Origin: Takakia lepidozioides
Lineage: Eukaryota > Plantae > Bryophyta
NCBI GenBank assembly: GCA_030704615.1
Contig: CM060733.1
Span: 1,984,001 to 2,048,000 of the forward strand
Direction of reading: 5' to 3'
Length of the DNA: 64,000 nucleotides
Shown here: positions 24,880-38,505 of the stretch, one piece after another
Position numbering within the stretch: the first letter of the stretch is position 1
Layout of the letters: each line of letters opens with the position of its first letter
The notes under the pieces: generated by a model
Database searches by the model: none
What the model was told of the DNA's origin: nothing
What the model saw: the letters and a program-made list of their open reading frames with translations, nothing else
Program-made: the position numbers and the translations under genes

Positions 24880-26140
24880 GTTTAAGAGTAATTAAGTCTA
24901 GAGGCCTTGGATGAAGTCTTGACATGCTTCCAGTTGACATCTCGCTCAAACTCCGGCGAAAGAGTGGAGGGGGACTCGAAGGTCACGCCACGCTTGTGGA
25001 GGGAGCTCAGTCCAGAAGCATTCATCTTACGAGGGGGAGTGGCAGATGATTCCGGCAAGGCCCCATGTACTGCAGAAAGCTTCGTGGATATTTTGTGCGC
25101 TCCCGGAATTTCGTTCCATGTCTGCACACGTTTTGGCCTATGCTTTACGAGCTTCAGTTTGGAGATCATAAAAGATGTTGGAGAGGAGCGAAGAGATGGT
25201 GGTGGTCTATCTAGAGAAGCTAGTCTTACAGCGAATCTTCCATATATAGGTGCCACAACGTCGATCCTCTGAGGGTTTCAAATAAAAGGCAGCTTACCAC
25301 TTTGTTTTTTGTGATCTTGTCATAGTTTAGGAGCAGATGAGTTTCAGAGAGTGGCCTTGGATTCCAGTTTAGGTATAAGGATTTGACTAGGGGCCATATC
25401 TTGGATGGAGCCTGGCAGTGAAGCAAACAGTGCTCCAAAGTTTCCTGTTACAGCGGTTGAGCAGCACGCACAAAGAACTGATGCTTGGAACTGGAGCCAC
25501 TCTCCTACTTTAAGAACCCGATTTGCTACTTGCCATAGGAAAGCTGATATTTTTGCTGGACGGGTTTTGATCCATACCGAGCCCCAGATAACATACCACT
25601 TCTCTTCTCTAAATCCATGGTTTACCCATTTCGAGTCCCATTTAGCAATCATTGTCTCCGTTTTAGAGAGAACCCTGTACCCTCTCTTTGTTGAGTAAGA
25701 AAAGAAAGGATCCGGCGATCTAGTGAAGGTCCAAGACCATTGAGCAGGGTCTATATCAAGCTCTGCCAAGGGCCTTCCAAGAATCCACACAAACGTATTG
25801 GATGCCAGCCAGTCGTTAACTGGGACAGATAACGGGGGTAATGGGTTGAATGCTTTGTCTTGTGAAGTCCAGCAGCAAATCCTAATTGGGATTAGAGATA
25901 TTGGTTGAATGAGTTGAGGAATTGTTGAAGAAAGAGTAAACGTCTGAGTAGTTGTGTTGATATGAAAGCTAAAGATTGTAAACTGTTGTGGTGAAGCATA
26001 CTGGACAAAAATGACTGATAATTGACCCTGGTAGATGGCCAAGCCCCACATATTGTCCACCAGCACCGGGGGGCCTGATCCCAGTATAATGAAAATGTTA
26101 GAAGATGCCAATACTTGCCAAATAGCTGAATAGTAATTTC
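24880..26140 (-). mobile_element. LINE (L1-like) ORF2 3' fragment with zf-RVT domain
   Basis: FFSYSTKRGY..W..VW....PAKISAFLWQVANRVL....L....C..C, then EHCLLHC...KIW across a frameshift. Confidence 0.8.
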
Positions 26141-26226
26141 AACCAAATCGTTGGATTTTAGTTCAAATATTTGAATACATTGCTATTTAATCTCCCGGAC
26201 TGATAAAATATTTTAAATCTAATTAA

Positions 26227-26229
<3 letters not shown>

Positions 26230-26273
<44 letters not shown>
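26230..26273. repeat. (TA)n microsatellite
   Basis: Uninterrupted TA run of ~44 bp. Confidence 0.97.
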
Positions 26274-26276
<3 letters not shown>

Positions 26277-26278
<2 letters not shown>

Positions 26279-26457
26279 ACCATAACCTAACCGGGAACCA
26301 TGGTTTTTATCAGCAAACCGGTAACTGGAACCGCTCCCATGTTTAAAAGTTGGATCCGGAACCGGCTCAATAAAAAAAAACCGGAACCGGATCGGAACCG
26401 TCTCTTGAAATAGTTGTGGAACCGGAACCGAAGGTTCCTTCACAAATGCAAGAACCG
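26277..26457. repeat. GGAACC(GG) motif cluster, probable end of a non-autonomous element
   Basis: About ten AACCGG/GGAACC motifs in 180 bp. Confidence 0.7.
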
Positions 26458-27016
26458 CCCAACACTGGTCAATAGTACCCCGGTTGCAGGTATGGACGTG
26501 ACACCGCAGTAACACGTCAGCGTCAGCGTCAGCGTCACGTCAAGACGTGATGGTCGTCACGTCGCGTCCATAAGAAGACATTCATCGCAGTAATTTTTTT
26601 TAACTTTTTAACTTTTAACCTTCTTTTGCCACGCTGGCGACAGCGAGGACGAAGGTGACCGGCCAGGTGACGGCTTGCCGAGGCGACCATGCAGGCGCCG
26701 GTCGCCGGGCGGGATGGGGCGTCGGCCCGGGCGACCACCACGTCAGCGGTCACCTGGCGGGATGGGCCACCGGCCCGGGCGACCGCCACATCAGCGGTCA
26801 GGCACCTCGCCTCACCCCCCTCCCGCTAGGTGACCACCAATACGGTCGCCCTGGGCAACAAAAAGAGAAAAAATTTCGGGACCGCCAGCATTGGTGGTCC
26901 CAAGAACGGGCGGTCGCCCGCCACGCCTCCCCGGTCGTCGAGAGATTTTCTTTAAAAAAATAATAATAAACAAACTTGGTACCTGCGGTCCGGATTTTCT
27001 ATTAAGAAATTGAAAC

Positions 27017-27079
27017 GGGTTTAGGGTTTAGGGTTTCTAGGGTTTAGAGTTTGGGGTTTAACCGTGTACCCTAAACCCT
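27017..27079. repeat. Interstitial plant telomere-like repeats (TTTAGGG), with an inverted copy
   Basis: GGGTTTAGGGTTTAGGGTTTCTAGGGTTTAGAGTTTGGGGTTTA followed by CCCTAAACCCT. Confidence 0.85.
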
Positions 27080-27094
27080 TTCAACCAAATTTCA

Positions 27095-27815
27095 TAGACC
27101 TGATAATTGATAGGTACTCATGAGAAGGTATGTCTATGTCCAACACACTCGCAAAAATTGAAATCAATCCAAAATCATTTGAACATCGAACGATGAGTTC
27201 ACCCTTTGAATCAATTTTGATTCACCTGATACTTGAGAGGAGCCTGTGACAAGGTATGTCCAACACAGTTGCAAAGATTGAAAGCAATCACAAATTCATT
27301 TCACCAGGGAACGATGAGTTCACCCTCTGAACCAATTTTGATTGACCTCATACTCAACAGGTACCTCTGACAAGGTATGACCAACACACTCGCAAACATT
27401 GAAAGCAATGAAAAATCATTTCACCAGGGAACGATGAGTTCACCCTCCGAACCAATTTTGATTGACCTGATACTCAACAGGTACCTTTGACAAGAAATGT
27501 CCAACACACTCGCAAAGATTGGAAGCAATCAAAAATCATTTGAATAGCGAACGATGGGTTCACCCTCTAAACCAATTTTGATTGACCTCATACTTGAGAG
27601 AAGCCTGTGAGAAGGCATGTCCAACACTCTCGCAAATATTCGAAGCAATCAAAATTCATTTGAACAGCGAACGATGGGTTCACCCTTTCAATATTTACTT
27701 TCACCTGATACTTGAGAGGACCTGTGACAAGATATGTCCAACACACTCGCAAAGAATGAAAGCAATAAAAATTCATTTGAACAGCGAACGTTGAGTTCAC
27801 GCTTTCAATCAATTT
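27095..27815. repeat. ~120-bp tandem satellite, 6 copies
   Basis: Anchor CCAACAC at 27140, 27260, 27381, 27501, 27621 and 27738; shared GAACGATG(A/G)GTTCACCCT and CCTGATACT motifs. Confidence 0.95.
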
Positions 27816-27819
27816 CTAC

Positions 27820-28940
27820 GCGGTCGCCAGTGGGGCCTCGGGACCGCCCGGCTCCCGGTCCCCATCGTTTTTTTTTTTTTTTCCTTTTTTTTTGTACCCC
27901 TGCGGCTATTGTTGTGGCGGTCGCCGGTTGGGGGGTCGGGACCGCGAGACTTTCTTAAAATTTGATTACCCATCCAGCGGTCCGTTTTATTTAGGGTTTT
28001 GTTTTTATTTTTTTTATTTTCTTAAACCTTGGAGGCGACCGCTGTGGCGGTCGCCTATTGGGGGCTCAAGACCGCGAGATTGGCCGGTCCGTACCTTTTT
28101 TTTAAAAATGTTTCCACTTGGTTTTTCACCCATGAGGCGACCGCTTCGGCGGTCGGCGATTGGGGCTCGGGACTGCCAGACTGGCGGTCCCCACTTTTTT
28201 GGTTTTTTGTTTCCACTTGTTTTTGTCGCCGATGAGGGGCTCGGGACCGCCAGACCTGCGGTCCCCACCTTTTCTTTTTGTTTCCTTTTGTTTTTGTACC
28301 CATGAGGCGACCGCTGCAGCGGTCGTCGTTTGGGGGCTCGTGACCGCCAGACTGGCGGTCCCAATGTCGCTCCTCGCCGTGTTGGGGGGGGGCTGCCAGG
28401 CAACCACTAGAGTGGCGGTCGCCACCATCGCCACGTTACCCAGCACACAGGCGATTGCCGCTGTGGCGGTCGCCGGAATCGCCACGTCACCCACCCTGCC
28501 ACCCACCGCCTAGCCACCCTGCCCACCTACCCACCTTGCCACGTGCTCATATTGCAGCCGCAGCCCGCCAGGCGACCGCACACGGCGGTCGCCTTGTTCT
28601 CCCTCCCTGCGACGGCACGTGGCGGTCGCCCTCTTCTCCTGCCTGCGACCTGCACGTGGCGGTTGTCCTGCCCGCCCCTCCAGGCACCCCCCTGCCGCCT
28701 GACCGTCACCTCACCGGAGGCGACCGGCGCTTAAGGATGCCCTGCCACCGCCGCTATGGTGGTCGTCTGCATGGCCACCTCAGGCGCCTCGAAGGCGACC
28801 GCCATGGTGGCGGTCGCCGAGATCGCCACCACGTCTGGCAGAGTGGCGACCGCCAGTGAGGCGGACGCTTGCCTCGCCACCTCACTGGCTCCGAGGTGAC
28901 CGCCTCTTTGGCGTCACACTTGCCACCTCCTTGGGCTCGC
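27820..28940. repeat. GC-rich GGCGGTCGCC/GGCGACCGCC subterminal repeats (also at 26630-26940)
   Basis: Many near-palindromic GGCG(GT/AC)CGCC motifs interspersed with T-tracts. Confidence 0.85.
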
Positions 28941-29147
28941 CGGCAATTGTGGCATGCTGTCTAAGGATATGGCAATGTTTTATCCATGTCTTTACCTACT
29001 GACGTAACTGCCGTGACGTGTGACCCAAATCCGGTCAGTGTCGCTGACGTCACGTCGCTGACGTCACGTCGGCCTGCAACCAGGGTCAATACACTACATA
29101 GGCTGGTATTGACAAAGGAAAAACCCCATGCAATACACGTACCCAGA

Positions 29148-30778
29148 TTGAGTATCTGGGTTAGATGATATATCCTGGAGGATTGGGGGTATAGCAGACT
29201 AAGGGCACAAATTCCACGCCCCACGGATGTGAGCCGAGTTCGAGCTTTCATAGGGTTGGCAAACTATTATAGACAGTTTGTCAAGGGATTTAGTGCCATT
29301 GCAAAGGCTCTAACCAAGCTGACCAAGGTGGACCAGGAGTGACAGTGGAAAGATGAGCAGGAACGAGCTTTTCAAGAGCTCAAGGCAAGGTTGACCTCGT
29401 ATCCTATCCTGAGACGACCTATCAGGGGGCGTCCCTTTCAGCTGCATACGGATTGGAGTATGTTGGGGCTTGGAGCGGTGCTCACACAAGTGGATGATGA
29501 GGGAAGAGAGTTCGTAGTGGCTTATGCTAGCCGCTCAAATAATGCTGCAGAGGCTAAATATAGCTCATATGACAGAGAGTGCTTAGCTGCAGTGTGGGCC
29601 GTGGCACACTTCAGGTGCTATCTATATGGCAATCTCTTCACCCTTGTCACGGATCACCAACCACTCAAGTGGTTGATGGAGTCAGACAAGCTTACGGGGA
29701 AGCTTGCACGATGGGCACTCATACTCCAGGAGCATGACTTTCAGGTTGTGCATCGACCGGGTTTGGTCAATCGGGATGCGGATGGATTGAGTCGTAATCC
29801 ATGCATGAGCCAGCAGGATGATACTGGAGCTCGGTGGCATGGTGAGACGGACGAGGAGATGGTGCTGGGATGGCATGCATCTGCATTTTTGTGTATCTTG
29901 GCAGCGGGAGGCCAGGTTGGACCTACGACAAGGATGACTATAGATGGAGTGTCCGAGGACCCTGAGGCTAGTGACGAGCCAGGTGGTGCCAGAGATATAC
30001 ATAAGGATTCGGCTGTGTTGGACTACCTCCGTACTGGAGACACGACAACCACTGTGACTACCAAGGAAATGGATCGGATCCTGCAACTAGCCAAGAGGTT
30101 CAAGTGGGAGGGGATACACCTGCTCCGAGTGTGGGAGGATGGTCGGGTGAGGATTGTGCCTCACCTAACACAGCGTGCATGGTTAGTGTGGCATGCCCAT
30201 GAGGAATTGAGGCGTTTTGGAGTGCGACGCACTCACAGTCTACTGCAGGGGCAGTATTGGTGGCGTGGTATGCACACAGAGGTGCAACACTTTGTGGCTA
30301 GGTGCATGGTGTGTGACAGTGCTTTGTTTAATGCCCCTACACCCCAGTTGCATCCTCTTCCGATCATGGGATTGGGCTACAGGTGGAGTCTTGACTTTGC
30401 AGGACCGTTGCCACTGACAATGCGCCACCACAGATATGTGTTGGTGATGGTGAAACACTTCTCCAAGTGGATCGAGTTGGTTCCATTGCCTGATAAGGCT
30501 AGTGAGGGAGCTGCGTATGCATTCTTGGATCGTGTGCTTAGCCGATTCGGTGCTCCAGCTGAGGTACTCACGGACCAAGGGAGAGAGTTCATGGGGGAGT
30601 TTCAGGCTTTGTGTGATAAAGCCTTGATAGACCACCGCACCACTTCTCGGGATCATCCTGAGGCCGATGGCTTGGCAGAGAGAGTTGTTCAAACGGTGAA
30701 GAGCGGTTTGCGCAAGTATGGCTTGCAGAAGGGACACCTAGGAGATTGGGATCTTCAGGTGCCTTGGTTAGCCATGGG
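29148..30778 (+). mobile_element. Gypsy pol fragment (RT thumb, RNase H, integrase), truncated by an LTR insertion
   Basis: IEYLG..RAFIGLANYYR, LHTDWS..VAYASR..ECLA..TDHQPL, HEEL..YWW..CMVC, SLDF..LTDQGREF..GLAERVV. The frame runs into an LTR at 30779. Confidence 0.92.
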
Positions 30779-31811
30779 TGTCGAGCGGCTTTTACTCACC
30801 CATCCCTTCGCTATCCGAGGTGGAAACTCCAAGATAGAAGAGTTGGATATCTCTAAGCACTCAGCTCGCTCAGAACAATCAGTCATGACCTGCAGCTAGT
30901 GAATCATGGTTATGCTTCCTATTTGTATTCCTTCTTGCCTTCATGTTATCAATTTACCTTACCATGTATACTGAAGCATCAGATTGCTTCAGTATCTACT
31001 AAGTTCCAGTTAATCCTGCATTCATTCCATAACTTCACTCATGTCTCTCTACACAGTGTGATTGTATCGAATAAGTATCAGATTATGATTTATCAGGTAC
31101 TAGGCCAATGTCAAGGTGACTCTCATCCGCCCTACAGTATCACTACAGCTCTGCATGTAATAATCATCTACTGTTCATCTCTCCTCCTTCTCCGTGCTCT
31201 CATTCTTGCTCTCCGCCTGATCTCCTCTCATACATGACCAAGAAGCGCTCCCCGTGAAGTGTCCCAGAAGTGTCATTCTTTCCGTTGCCGCTCTCTTTAT
31301 CTGCCCGCAAGCTGTTCTAACCACCTAACTAATTAACCGTCATCCCTGTAGTAACACGTTCCTTCTACAGATGTCGTTCCCTCACAGTCGTTCCCTGCCA
31401 ATGATAACTGTTCCCATGTACTGTGACAGGCTGTGTCAAGCTGTGCCGAGCTGTGACTGGCTGTGTAATGCTGTATCGGGCTGTGACTGGCTATGTCGGC
31501 TGTGTCGGGCTGTGCAAAGCTGTGGCGGCTGTGACTGGCTGTGACGGACTGTGTCGGGCTGTGCGAAGCTGTGGCGGGCTGTGACTAGTTGTGTCTGGTT
31601 GTGTCGGGTTGTGTCGGCTGTGACTGACTGTAACGGACTGTGTCGGCTGTGTCGGGCTGTGACTGGCTGTGTCAGGCTGTGTTGGCTGTGTAACCCCCCT
31701 AAAGCCTGCTGCTGCCACCTCTAAGGCTCCTGTTGGTCTCAATCTGCGCAAAAATTAAGGGTACCCCACAGAACCTGTAAAAGCGTCTAAGTCCCAAGCA
31801 GCCCTCTAACA
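30779..31811 (-). mobile_element. 3' LTR of Athila-like family, partial copy 1 (PPT at 31812-31829)
   Basis: TG..CA ends, homologous to 41105-42231; CACAGCC minisatellite; adjacent purine tract on the minus strand. Confidence 0.92.
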
Positions 31812-31850
31812 TTTACCCCTCCACCTCTCAAAAAGCCGTGTCCTCACGGT

Positions 31851-34800
31851 TTACTGTTTGGGATTAGCAAACCTTTGTGAGCGAGCACCCTTCTGACGGT
31901 GAGAGTCTCGTGAAGGACTCCGTGTGCGAGCCCGAGTCCTGTCACTGGTTGACGGAGATGATTGAGCACTACTTGGAAATGTCAGTCCCTCCTTTGGCTG
32001 ATAACGAGGTAACCGCTCAGGCATAGGAGATCCCCGTCGTTTCTTCTCTGCCCTCTGAAGTGCGTAGTCCTCTGCCATGTCAAAAGAGTCCGCTGAAGAA
32101 ACAGTAGTATCAGAATCCTCGTCTCCCCTGAGGTGTTTTAACGGCCAAACTTTAAGTGGAATCCTCTGTGGCATACAATGTTGTCCGACCATATCTGGAA
32201 GTTTAAATTGCACAACTTGTTGTAAGCGCTGGCACGCAAAATTAGTGAACGTCCTGAACTCCTTATCTGTACAGGTAAGAGGTGTGCCAATGACTTGGGA
32301 ACAGTGCAAGTATTTCCATGCCTCATGTCCCTTAAAGAAAATATCGTCAGGGCCGAATTTCTGTGTTGTCAAATTGTTCGAAGCCGAATGAAACCATGAA
32401 CGAAGTTGGGAATCCTTCTGCATCATAACTTTTGCATCATATAGGTACATATGAGGTGGCACTGAAGGTAAGACCCAATGACCCCCACTGGAATAACTCA
32501 GAAATCACGATTGCATCTTCTGCTTCTCAATGTGATAACGTGCTAGAAAACAAGCAGCATAGTATAATCCACAACCCATGACAATACTTGCTACCTCCTT
32601 GGTCTTGGTATAAATGTACCCATGTACAACTTGGAAGGCAATTAATTCCTTCAACATGGTACTTGCTTCAGACCAGTACCTCGCAAAGTGATGATCCTCA
32701 ATAGGTCGATTGTTTGGAAGAACCTTAGTCCTAGTTGCCACTGGCAGCCAAATGCGCATGATCTGGTAGTAATGTGTCAATGATTGCGGAGGACTAAATT
32801 CCTTCCAAGCCAAATCCAACACAATGGGAATTTGGTGGGTTAAAAGCAGCATCCCCCCATACCTCAGGCTGTGGTGTGGCTGTAGTAACAACAGGGTCAG
32901 CTACCTACACAATCACTTGTTGTGGTATTGGTAGCACTGGCCCTTCTACCACTGGCATCTCCTGCACCCCTTGCGAAGAAGACTGAAAAATTAGAGTTCT
33001 GGCATGTAAATAAGTAGCCATCAGCTGCTCCTCAGGTACAAAGACTCTCTTGTCAATATTTGAACTCAGGTCATCCACCTGAGTTTGCAGGCCTTCTACA
33101 TCCTCCTGTAGCTCCGCTATCCTACTATAGACATTGTCTATAGTAGTTGTGGCAATGTTCTGCACCTGCAATCTTAGCTCATTCATCTCGCCCTGGGTGA
33201 GCTTCTGTGGTGCTTTGCCTTCCACCGGCCCATGTGCTAACCAGACCTGCATAAGGTGGTTATCCACCAAATCGTGTGTGGAACCCCTGAGAGTCTACTC
33301 GTCTGTGAGCCTATACACATCTAATTGCTGCTGTAAAGCCTCCATGCGCTTTGCATGAGGTTTAATTAAACTCGCATAGGCAGCAGCCAGATTATTGGCT
33401 TCATTCCAAGCCTTGTTAGCCACAGAGAGTTCATTTCTATTGACCATGACTGTTTGTTGCAACTCCAGGATGTACCTCTCTTGGTCAGTCTCAACCTGTC
33501 TGTAATGCTTGAAAGTATTCTCATTGCGACAGATTGTATTCTTCATATCAACAATGAGTTTCGCCTGTTCGATTATCTCTGCCTCTGCCTTCATACATCT
33601 CTCCCCTTGTCTGTTAACTTCTAATGCAGTTTGCTCAAGAGTAGTTGTGAGTGTAGCACATTGTATGGTTATCCTCTCATGTACTGCCTGCAACTCTGTA
33701 TGTAGTGCATTCACTTCTTGCAACTTGCCCTCATGCTTCACCTGCATTTGGTATAACTGTTGTTTATGTGCTTCGTGCAACTGGTCCTACGCGAGGCCTG
33801 CTTCAATCAGATGTCCCTTGGCCAACTGCAAAGCAACCTTTGTGTCCTCCAACTCTTGCTGTAACTTGAGATTGACCTCCTCATCGACCTTGTTAGCACA
33901 CTCAGTGGCAATTCGAGCCTCAAACTCCTTCCTGAGTTCCTCCCTCAAAGCTGCCAATTGGGTAGATGGAACATGAGATTTCACATAAGTGCCCAACAAA
34001 TTAAGTGTTCTGCTTATGGAACTCATAAGCATGGCCTGCTGAGGGTCATCATGGTGAGCTTGCTGCTGTTCTCCTTGATCCTCCACAGTGTGATGCCTCA
34101 CCAACCATTCAGGCCATTGCCCCACCAGATTTTCTTCCTGAACCACCTCATCCGCCACAGGTGCTGCAGTGTCTTGATATTCTACCCCTGGTACCTCCAT
34201 CACAGGTGTGGGTATTACATGCATAGCAGGGTTTTCCCTGGACACCCGCTACACCTCTGGAATCACTGATTCCCTTACCAAGCCAGAGTTTTCATAGAGA
34301 AGGTCACCCTTCTAAATTTCGGCCACAACCTGCTCTGTAGTGGGAATGTCCAACCTTTCTCCTTCCAGAGCAATTGGGGGTGAAGTCATTGCATATACTA
34401 ACTGTGGAACCTCCAAAACATCTGAGTCAATTGGTTGTGGTGGCTGTGGTATCAAATTGACTTCCTCTTCCATCTCTGAAGGCCGTGCTTCCAATAATAG
34501 CAGCTCTCTGTGCTGTTGTGCCCCATCCTGCACAAGAGCTTGGGAAACATTATCGTGCGGTTTCCGTGAAGCCAGTGGATCCGCCACTACAGTCATACCC
34601 CGCCTTTGTCTCTTAGACTGGTGTTGCGCTGCCAATCCACCCTCACTGTGTGAAGAGCCTTGCTCTTCAATTGCAAAGGTTTCTGCCTCAAACACTCCCA
34701 TCTCCTTACGTTCCCGAGTATCAAGTATGCAAGAATCAAGAATTATTTGGGCAATGACTGGACCAGACACAATGATCGGAGACTTAGCAGCAGTGCCCTG

Positions 34801-35345
34801 TAACCTTTTCATCTCGTCCACCAATCCGTTGTACATTAACTCCGCCCAAGCGACATCCTCTCTCTCAAAGCTTTCAGGATCTCCTCTGTGAATGACCTGC
34901 TCAAATACTGTTGGTTCTGTTTCATGGCAAACAGAACGTTCAATATTTGGCCAACTTCCCTAAGCCCTGGGTACTCGGTTTTGGTACAAGCGTAACCTTG
35001 AGTTTCAAAGAAACTCCATTCTTGGAACAAATTCCCTATCTGCAATCTTGTCCTGTGCTCATCCACATCCACATGTCCTGATGGCAAATCAAACAATTGC
35101 TGCAGGTACTGGGGAGTAATTTCTATATCTACTCCCCTCACCTGAATAACTCCCGTCCGAGGCTCAAAGTTCTGAAGAAATTGTATCATGAACTGCCGAT
35201 GATGCAAAGACCAGTCCTTGCGTAGCAGCCCCTCCAATCGCAACTCCCTTAGCAGCTGTACTGCCTGCGGTGCTGCAATTGTTTGCTTCTGCAGTATCGT
35301 GGTGCTCTTCACCCTGATATCCTCCATTCTCCCCACTCTCTTCAT
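31851..35345 (-). pseudogene. Extra (env-position) ORF of the Athila-like family, copy 1, fragmented
   Basis: Collinear with 49966-53514. Broken by stops, frameshifts and a ~50-bp deletion at ~32838. Confidence 0.9.
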
Positions 35346-35561
35346 TCTTGACAAATAGAAAGGCTTTGTTTAAAACAGATGAAGGAAAGCTTGCAGGGCA
35401 CAAAGCATAAAGGTATGGTTGGCACAGAATGGAACAGGTAAGTGCGTGGAAGCCTGTGGGGCTTGCAAGTAACGAGTGAGAGAAAATGTACTCTCAATGC
35501 TTCTGTCCTTGCGCCACTGCGTGAGAAGTAAAGCGAGTGTGTAATCCGTTACATCTGCCAT
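35342..35561 (-). pseudogene. Small coupled ORF, copy 1 (one extra base)
   Basis: MADVTDYTLALLLTQWRK..FCANHTFMLCALQAFL, homologous to 49751-49969. 220 bp versus 219 bp. Ends in the same ATGA overlap. Confidence 0.75.
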
Positions 35562-35926
35562 AGCTACAAAACTAGTGCTTTGATTGCCCCTGCCGTCGAG
35601 ACCTTGGCTCTTCCGAGCCACCCCGACTCTTCCGCTCATAACACTTCCTATTTCTTGTTCTTGTTTCTTGGAGGGAACAACCTGCATGTAATTCGCACTC
35701 CTGATTGGCTGTGGACTGCTTAGGTAATTTCTTAATTCCACCCCCCTCCATGGACATTTCCACCTGGAATGTTCAGTAGGACAGCACATGTGGCATAGGT
35801 TTCCCTTTTCTGAACTCGAAAAGGGTTCAGTTACCTTGGCACTGAACGCATTAATGGGCCCACAATTCGTATTAGCTGCTGTACCGGGTAGGTACTTTGA
35901 CGGCCCGATTTGTCCTCTTGCATGAT

Positions 35927-36784
35927 TGTCGAACGGCTTTTACTCACCCATCCCTTCGCTATCCGAGGTGGAAATTCCAAGATAGAAGAGTTGGATATCT
36001 CTAAGCACTCAGCCCGCTCAGTACAATCAGTCATGACCTGCAGCTAGTGAATCATGGTTGTGCTTCCCATTTGTATTCCTTCTTGCCTTCATGTTATCAA
36101 TTTACCTTATCTGATACTGAAGCATCAGATTGCTTCAGTATCTTCTTAGTTCCAGTTAATCATCCATTTCATTTCACAACTTCATTCATGTCTCTCTACA
36201 CAGTGTGCTTGTATCGAATAAGTATCAGTTTACAATTTATCAGGTACTAGGCCAATGTCAAGGTGACTCTAATCCGCCCTACAGTATCACTACAGCTCTG
36301 CATGAAATAAGCATCTACCGTTCATCTTTCCTACTTCTCCGTGCTCTCTTTCTTGCTCTCCGCCTGATCTCCTCTCATACATGACCAAGAAGCGCTCCCC
36401 GTGAAGTGTCCCCTCTTTCCGTTGCCGCTCCCCTTATCTGCCCGCAAACTGTTCTAACCACCTAACTAATTGACCGTCATCCCTGAAGTAACACGTTCCT
36501 TCTGCAGATGTCGTTCCCTCACAGTCGTTCCCTGCCAATGATAATTGTTCCCCATGTACTGTGACACGCTGTGTCAAGCTGTGCCGAGCTGTGACTGGCT
36601 GTGTCGGCTGTGTCGGGCTATATCGGGCTGTGTTGGCTGTGACGGGATGTGTCGGGCTGTGTAACCCCCCCCCTAAAGCCTGCTGCTGTCACCCCTAAGG
36701 CTCCTATTGGTCTCAGTCTGCGCAAAAATTAAGGGTACCCCACACAACCCGTAAAAGCGTCTAAGTCCCAGCAGCCCTCTAACA
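35927..36784 (-). mobile_element. 3' LTR of Athila-like family, partial copy 2, inserted in the spacer of copy 1
   Basis: TG..CA ends; PPT at 36785-36802; no PBS on the other side. Confidence 0.9.
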
Positions 36785-36823
36785 TTTACCCCTCCCCCTC
36801 TCAAAAAGCCGTGTCCTCACGGT

Positions 36824-38315
36824 TTACTGTTTAGGATTAGCAAACCTTTGTGATCGAACACCCTTCTGATGGTGAGAGTCTCGTGAAGGACTCCGTGTGC
36901 GAGCCCGAGTCCTGTCACTGGTTGACGGAGATGATTGAGCACTACCTGGAAATGTCTGTCCCTCCTTTGGCTGATAACGAGGTAACCTCTCAGGCATAGG
37001 AGACCCCCGTCGTTTCTTCTCTGCCATCTGAATTGCATAGTCCTCTGCCATGTCAAAAGAGTCCGCTGAAGAAACAGTAGTATCAGAATCCTCGTCTCCC
37101 CTGAGGTGTTTTAACGGCCGAACTTTAAATGGAATCATCTGTGGCATACAATGTTGTCCAACCATATCTGGAAGTTTAAATTGCACAACTTGTTGCAAGC
37201 GCTGGCACGCAAAATTAGTGAACGTCCTGAACTCCTTATCTGTACAGGTAAGAGGTGTGCCAATGACTTGGGAACAGTGCAAGTATTTCCATGCCTCATG
37301 TCCCTTAAAGAAAATATCGTCAGGGCCGAATTTCTGTGTTGTCAAATTGTTCGAAGCCGAATGAAACCATGAACGAAGTTGGGAATCCTTCTGCATCATA
37401 ACTTTTGCATCATATAGGTACATATGAGGTGGCACTGAAGGTAAGACCCAATGACCCCCACTGGAATAACTCAGAAATCACGATTGCATCTTCTGCTGCT
37501 CAATGTGATAACGTGCCAGAAAACAAGCAGCATAGTATAATCCACAACCCATGACAATACTTGCTACCTCCTTGGTCTTGGTATAAATGTACCCATGTAC
37601 AACTTGGAAGGCAATTAATTCCTTCAACATGGTACTTGCTTCAGACCAGTACCTCGCAAAGTGATGATCCTCAATAGGTCGATTGTTTGGAAGAACCTTA
37701 GTCCTAGTTGCCACTGGCAGCCGAATGCGCATGATCTGGTAGTAATGTGTCAATGACTGCGGAGGACTAAATTCCTTCCAAGCCAAATCCAACACAATGG
37801 GAATTTGGTTGAAGGGCATAATCATAGCTCGATTGCACTCTCGTGCAGTAGGAGTTTTAGGTGGGTTAAAAGCAGCATCCCCCCATACCTCAGGCTGTGG
37901 TGTGGCTGTAGTAACAACAGGGTCAGCTACCTGCACAGTCACTTGTTGTGGTATTGGTAGCACTGGCCCTTCTACCACTGGCATCTCCTGCACCCCTTGC
38001 GAAGAAGACTGAAAAATTAGAGTTATGGCATGTAAATAAGTAGCCATCAGCTGCTCCTCAGGTACAAAGACTCTCTTGTCAATATTTGAACTCAGGTCAT
38101 CCACCTAAGTTTGCAGGCCTTCTACATCCTCCTGTAGCTCCGCTATCCTACTATAGACATTGTCTATAGTAGTTGTGGCAATATTCTGCACCTGCAGTCT
38201 TAGCTCATTCATCTCACCCTGGGTGAGCTTCCGTGTTGCTTTGTTTTCCACCGGCCCTTGTGCTAACCAGACCTGCATAAGGTGGTTATCCACCAAGTTG
38301 CGTGTGGCACCCCTG
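36824..38315 (-). pseudogene. Extra ORF, copy 2, C-terminal half
   Basis: Near-identical to 31851-33288; truncated at ~38315. Confidence 0.9.
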
Positions 38316-38505
38316 TCGGCGTCGCAAATCACGGTTTCGCCTATTTGCGACCCCTATTGGTCGCAAATTTGCGACGTTTTTTTGGCGACGCCCTTGTGAC
38401 GCCCGGACGTCGCAAATTTGGTTCTTCCCCTCTGCCCGAAAAAGGCTGTTTTACGACGTCGCGGCGTGGCCGCGACGTCGAAAACCCCCCCCTTTTCCTG
38501 TAGTG
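38316..38505. mobile_element. CACTA (En/Spm) element terminus
   Basis: Ends TTTTCCTGTAGTG (reverse complement CACTACAGGAAAA); subterminal GCGACG/CGTCGC repeats; the other end is missing. Confidence 0.8.

Larger units (their letters stand above)
26478..29085. mobile_element. Non-autonomous TIR DNA transposon carrying telomere-like repeats, a satellite and GC-rich subterminal repeats
   Basis: Left end CCCCGGTTGCAGGTATGGACGTGAC; right end GTCACGTCGGCCTGCAACCAGGG. TCAATA flanks both sides (partial TSD). ACGTCA/TGACGT motifs cluster at both ends. No credible ORF. Confidence 0.75.

Noticed and set aside
27017-27079. True telomere or chromosome-fusion site
   Set aside because: Only ~60 bp, degenerate, and inside a TIR-bounded element.
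26535-28859. Many Arg/Pro/Gly-rich ORFs
   Set aside because: By-products of GC-rich repeats on both strands.
30779-30899. C-terminal LLLTHPFAIRGG tail on pol ORFs 29391-30899 and 54546-55091
   Set aside because: Read-through into the antisense strand of an inserted LTR, not a real domain.
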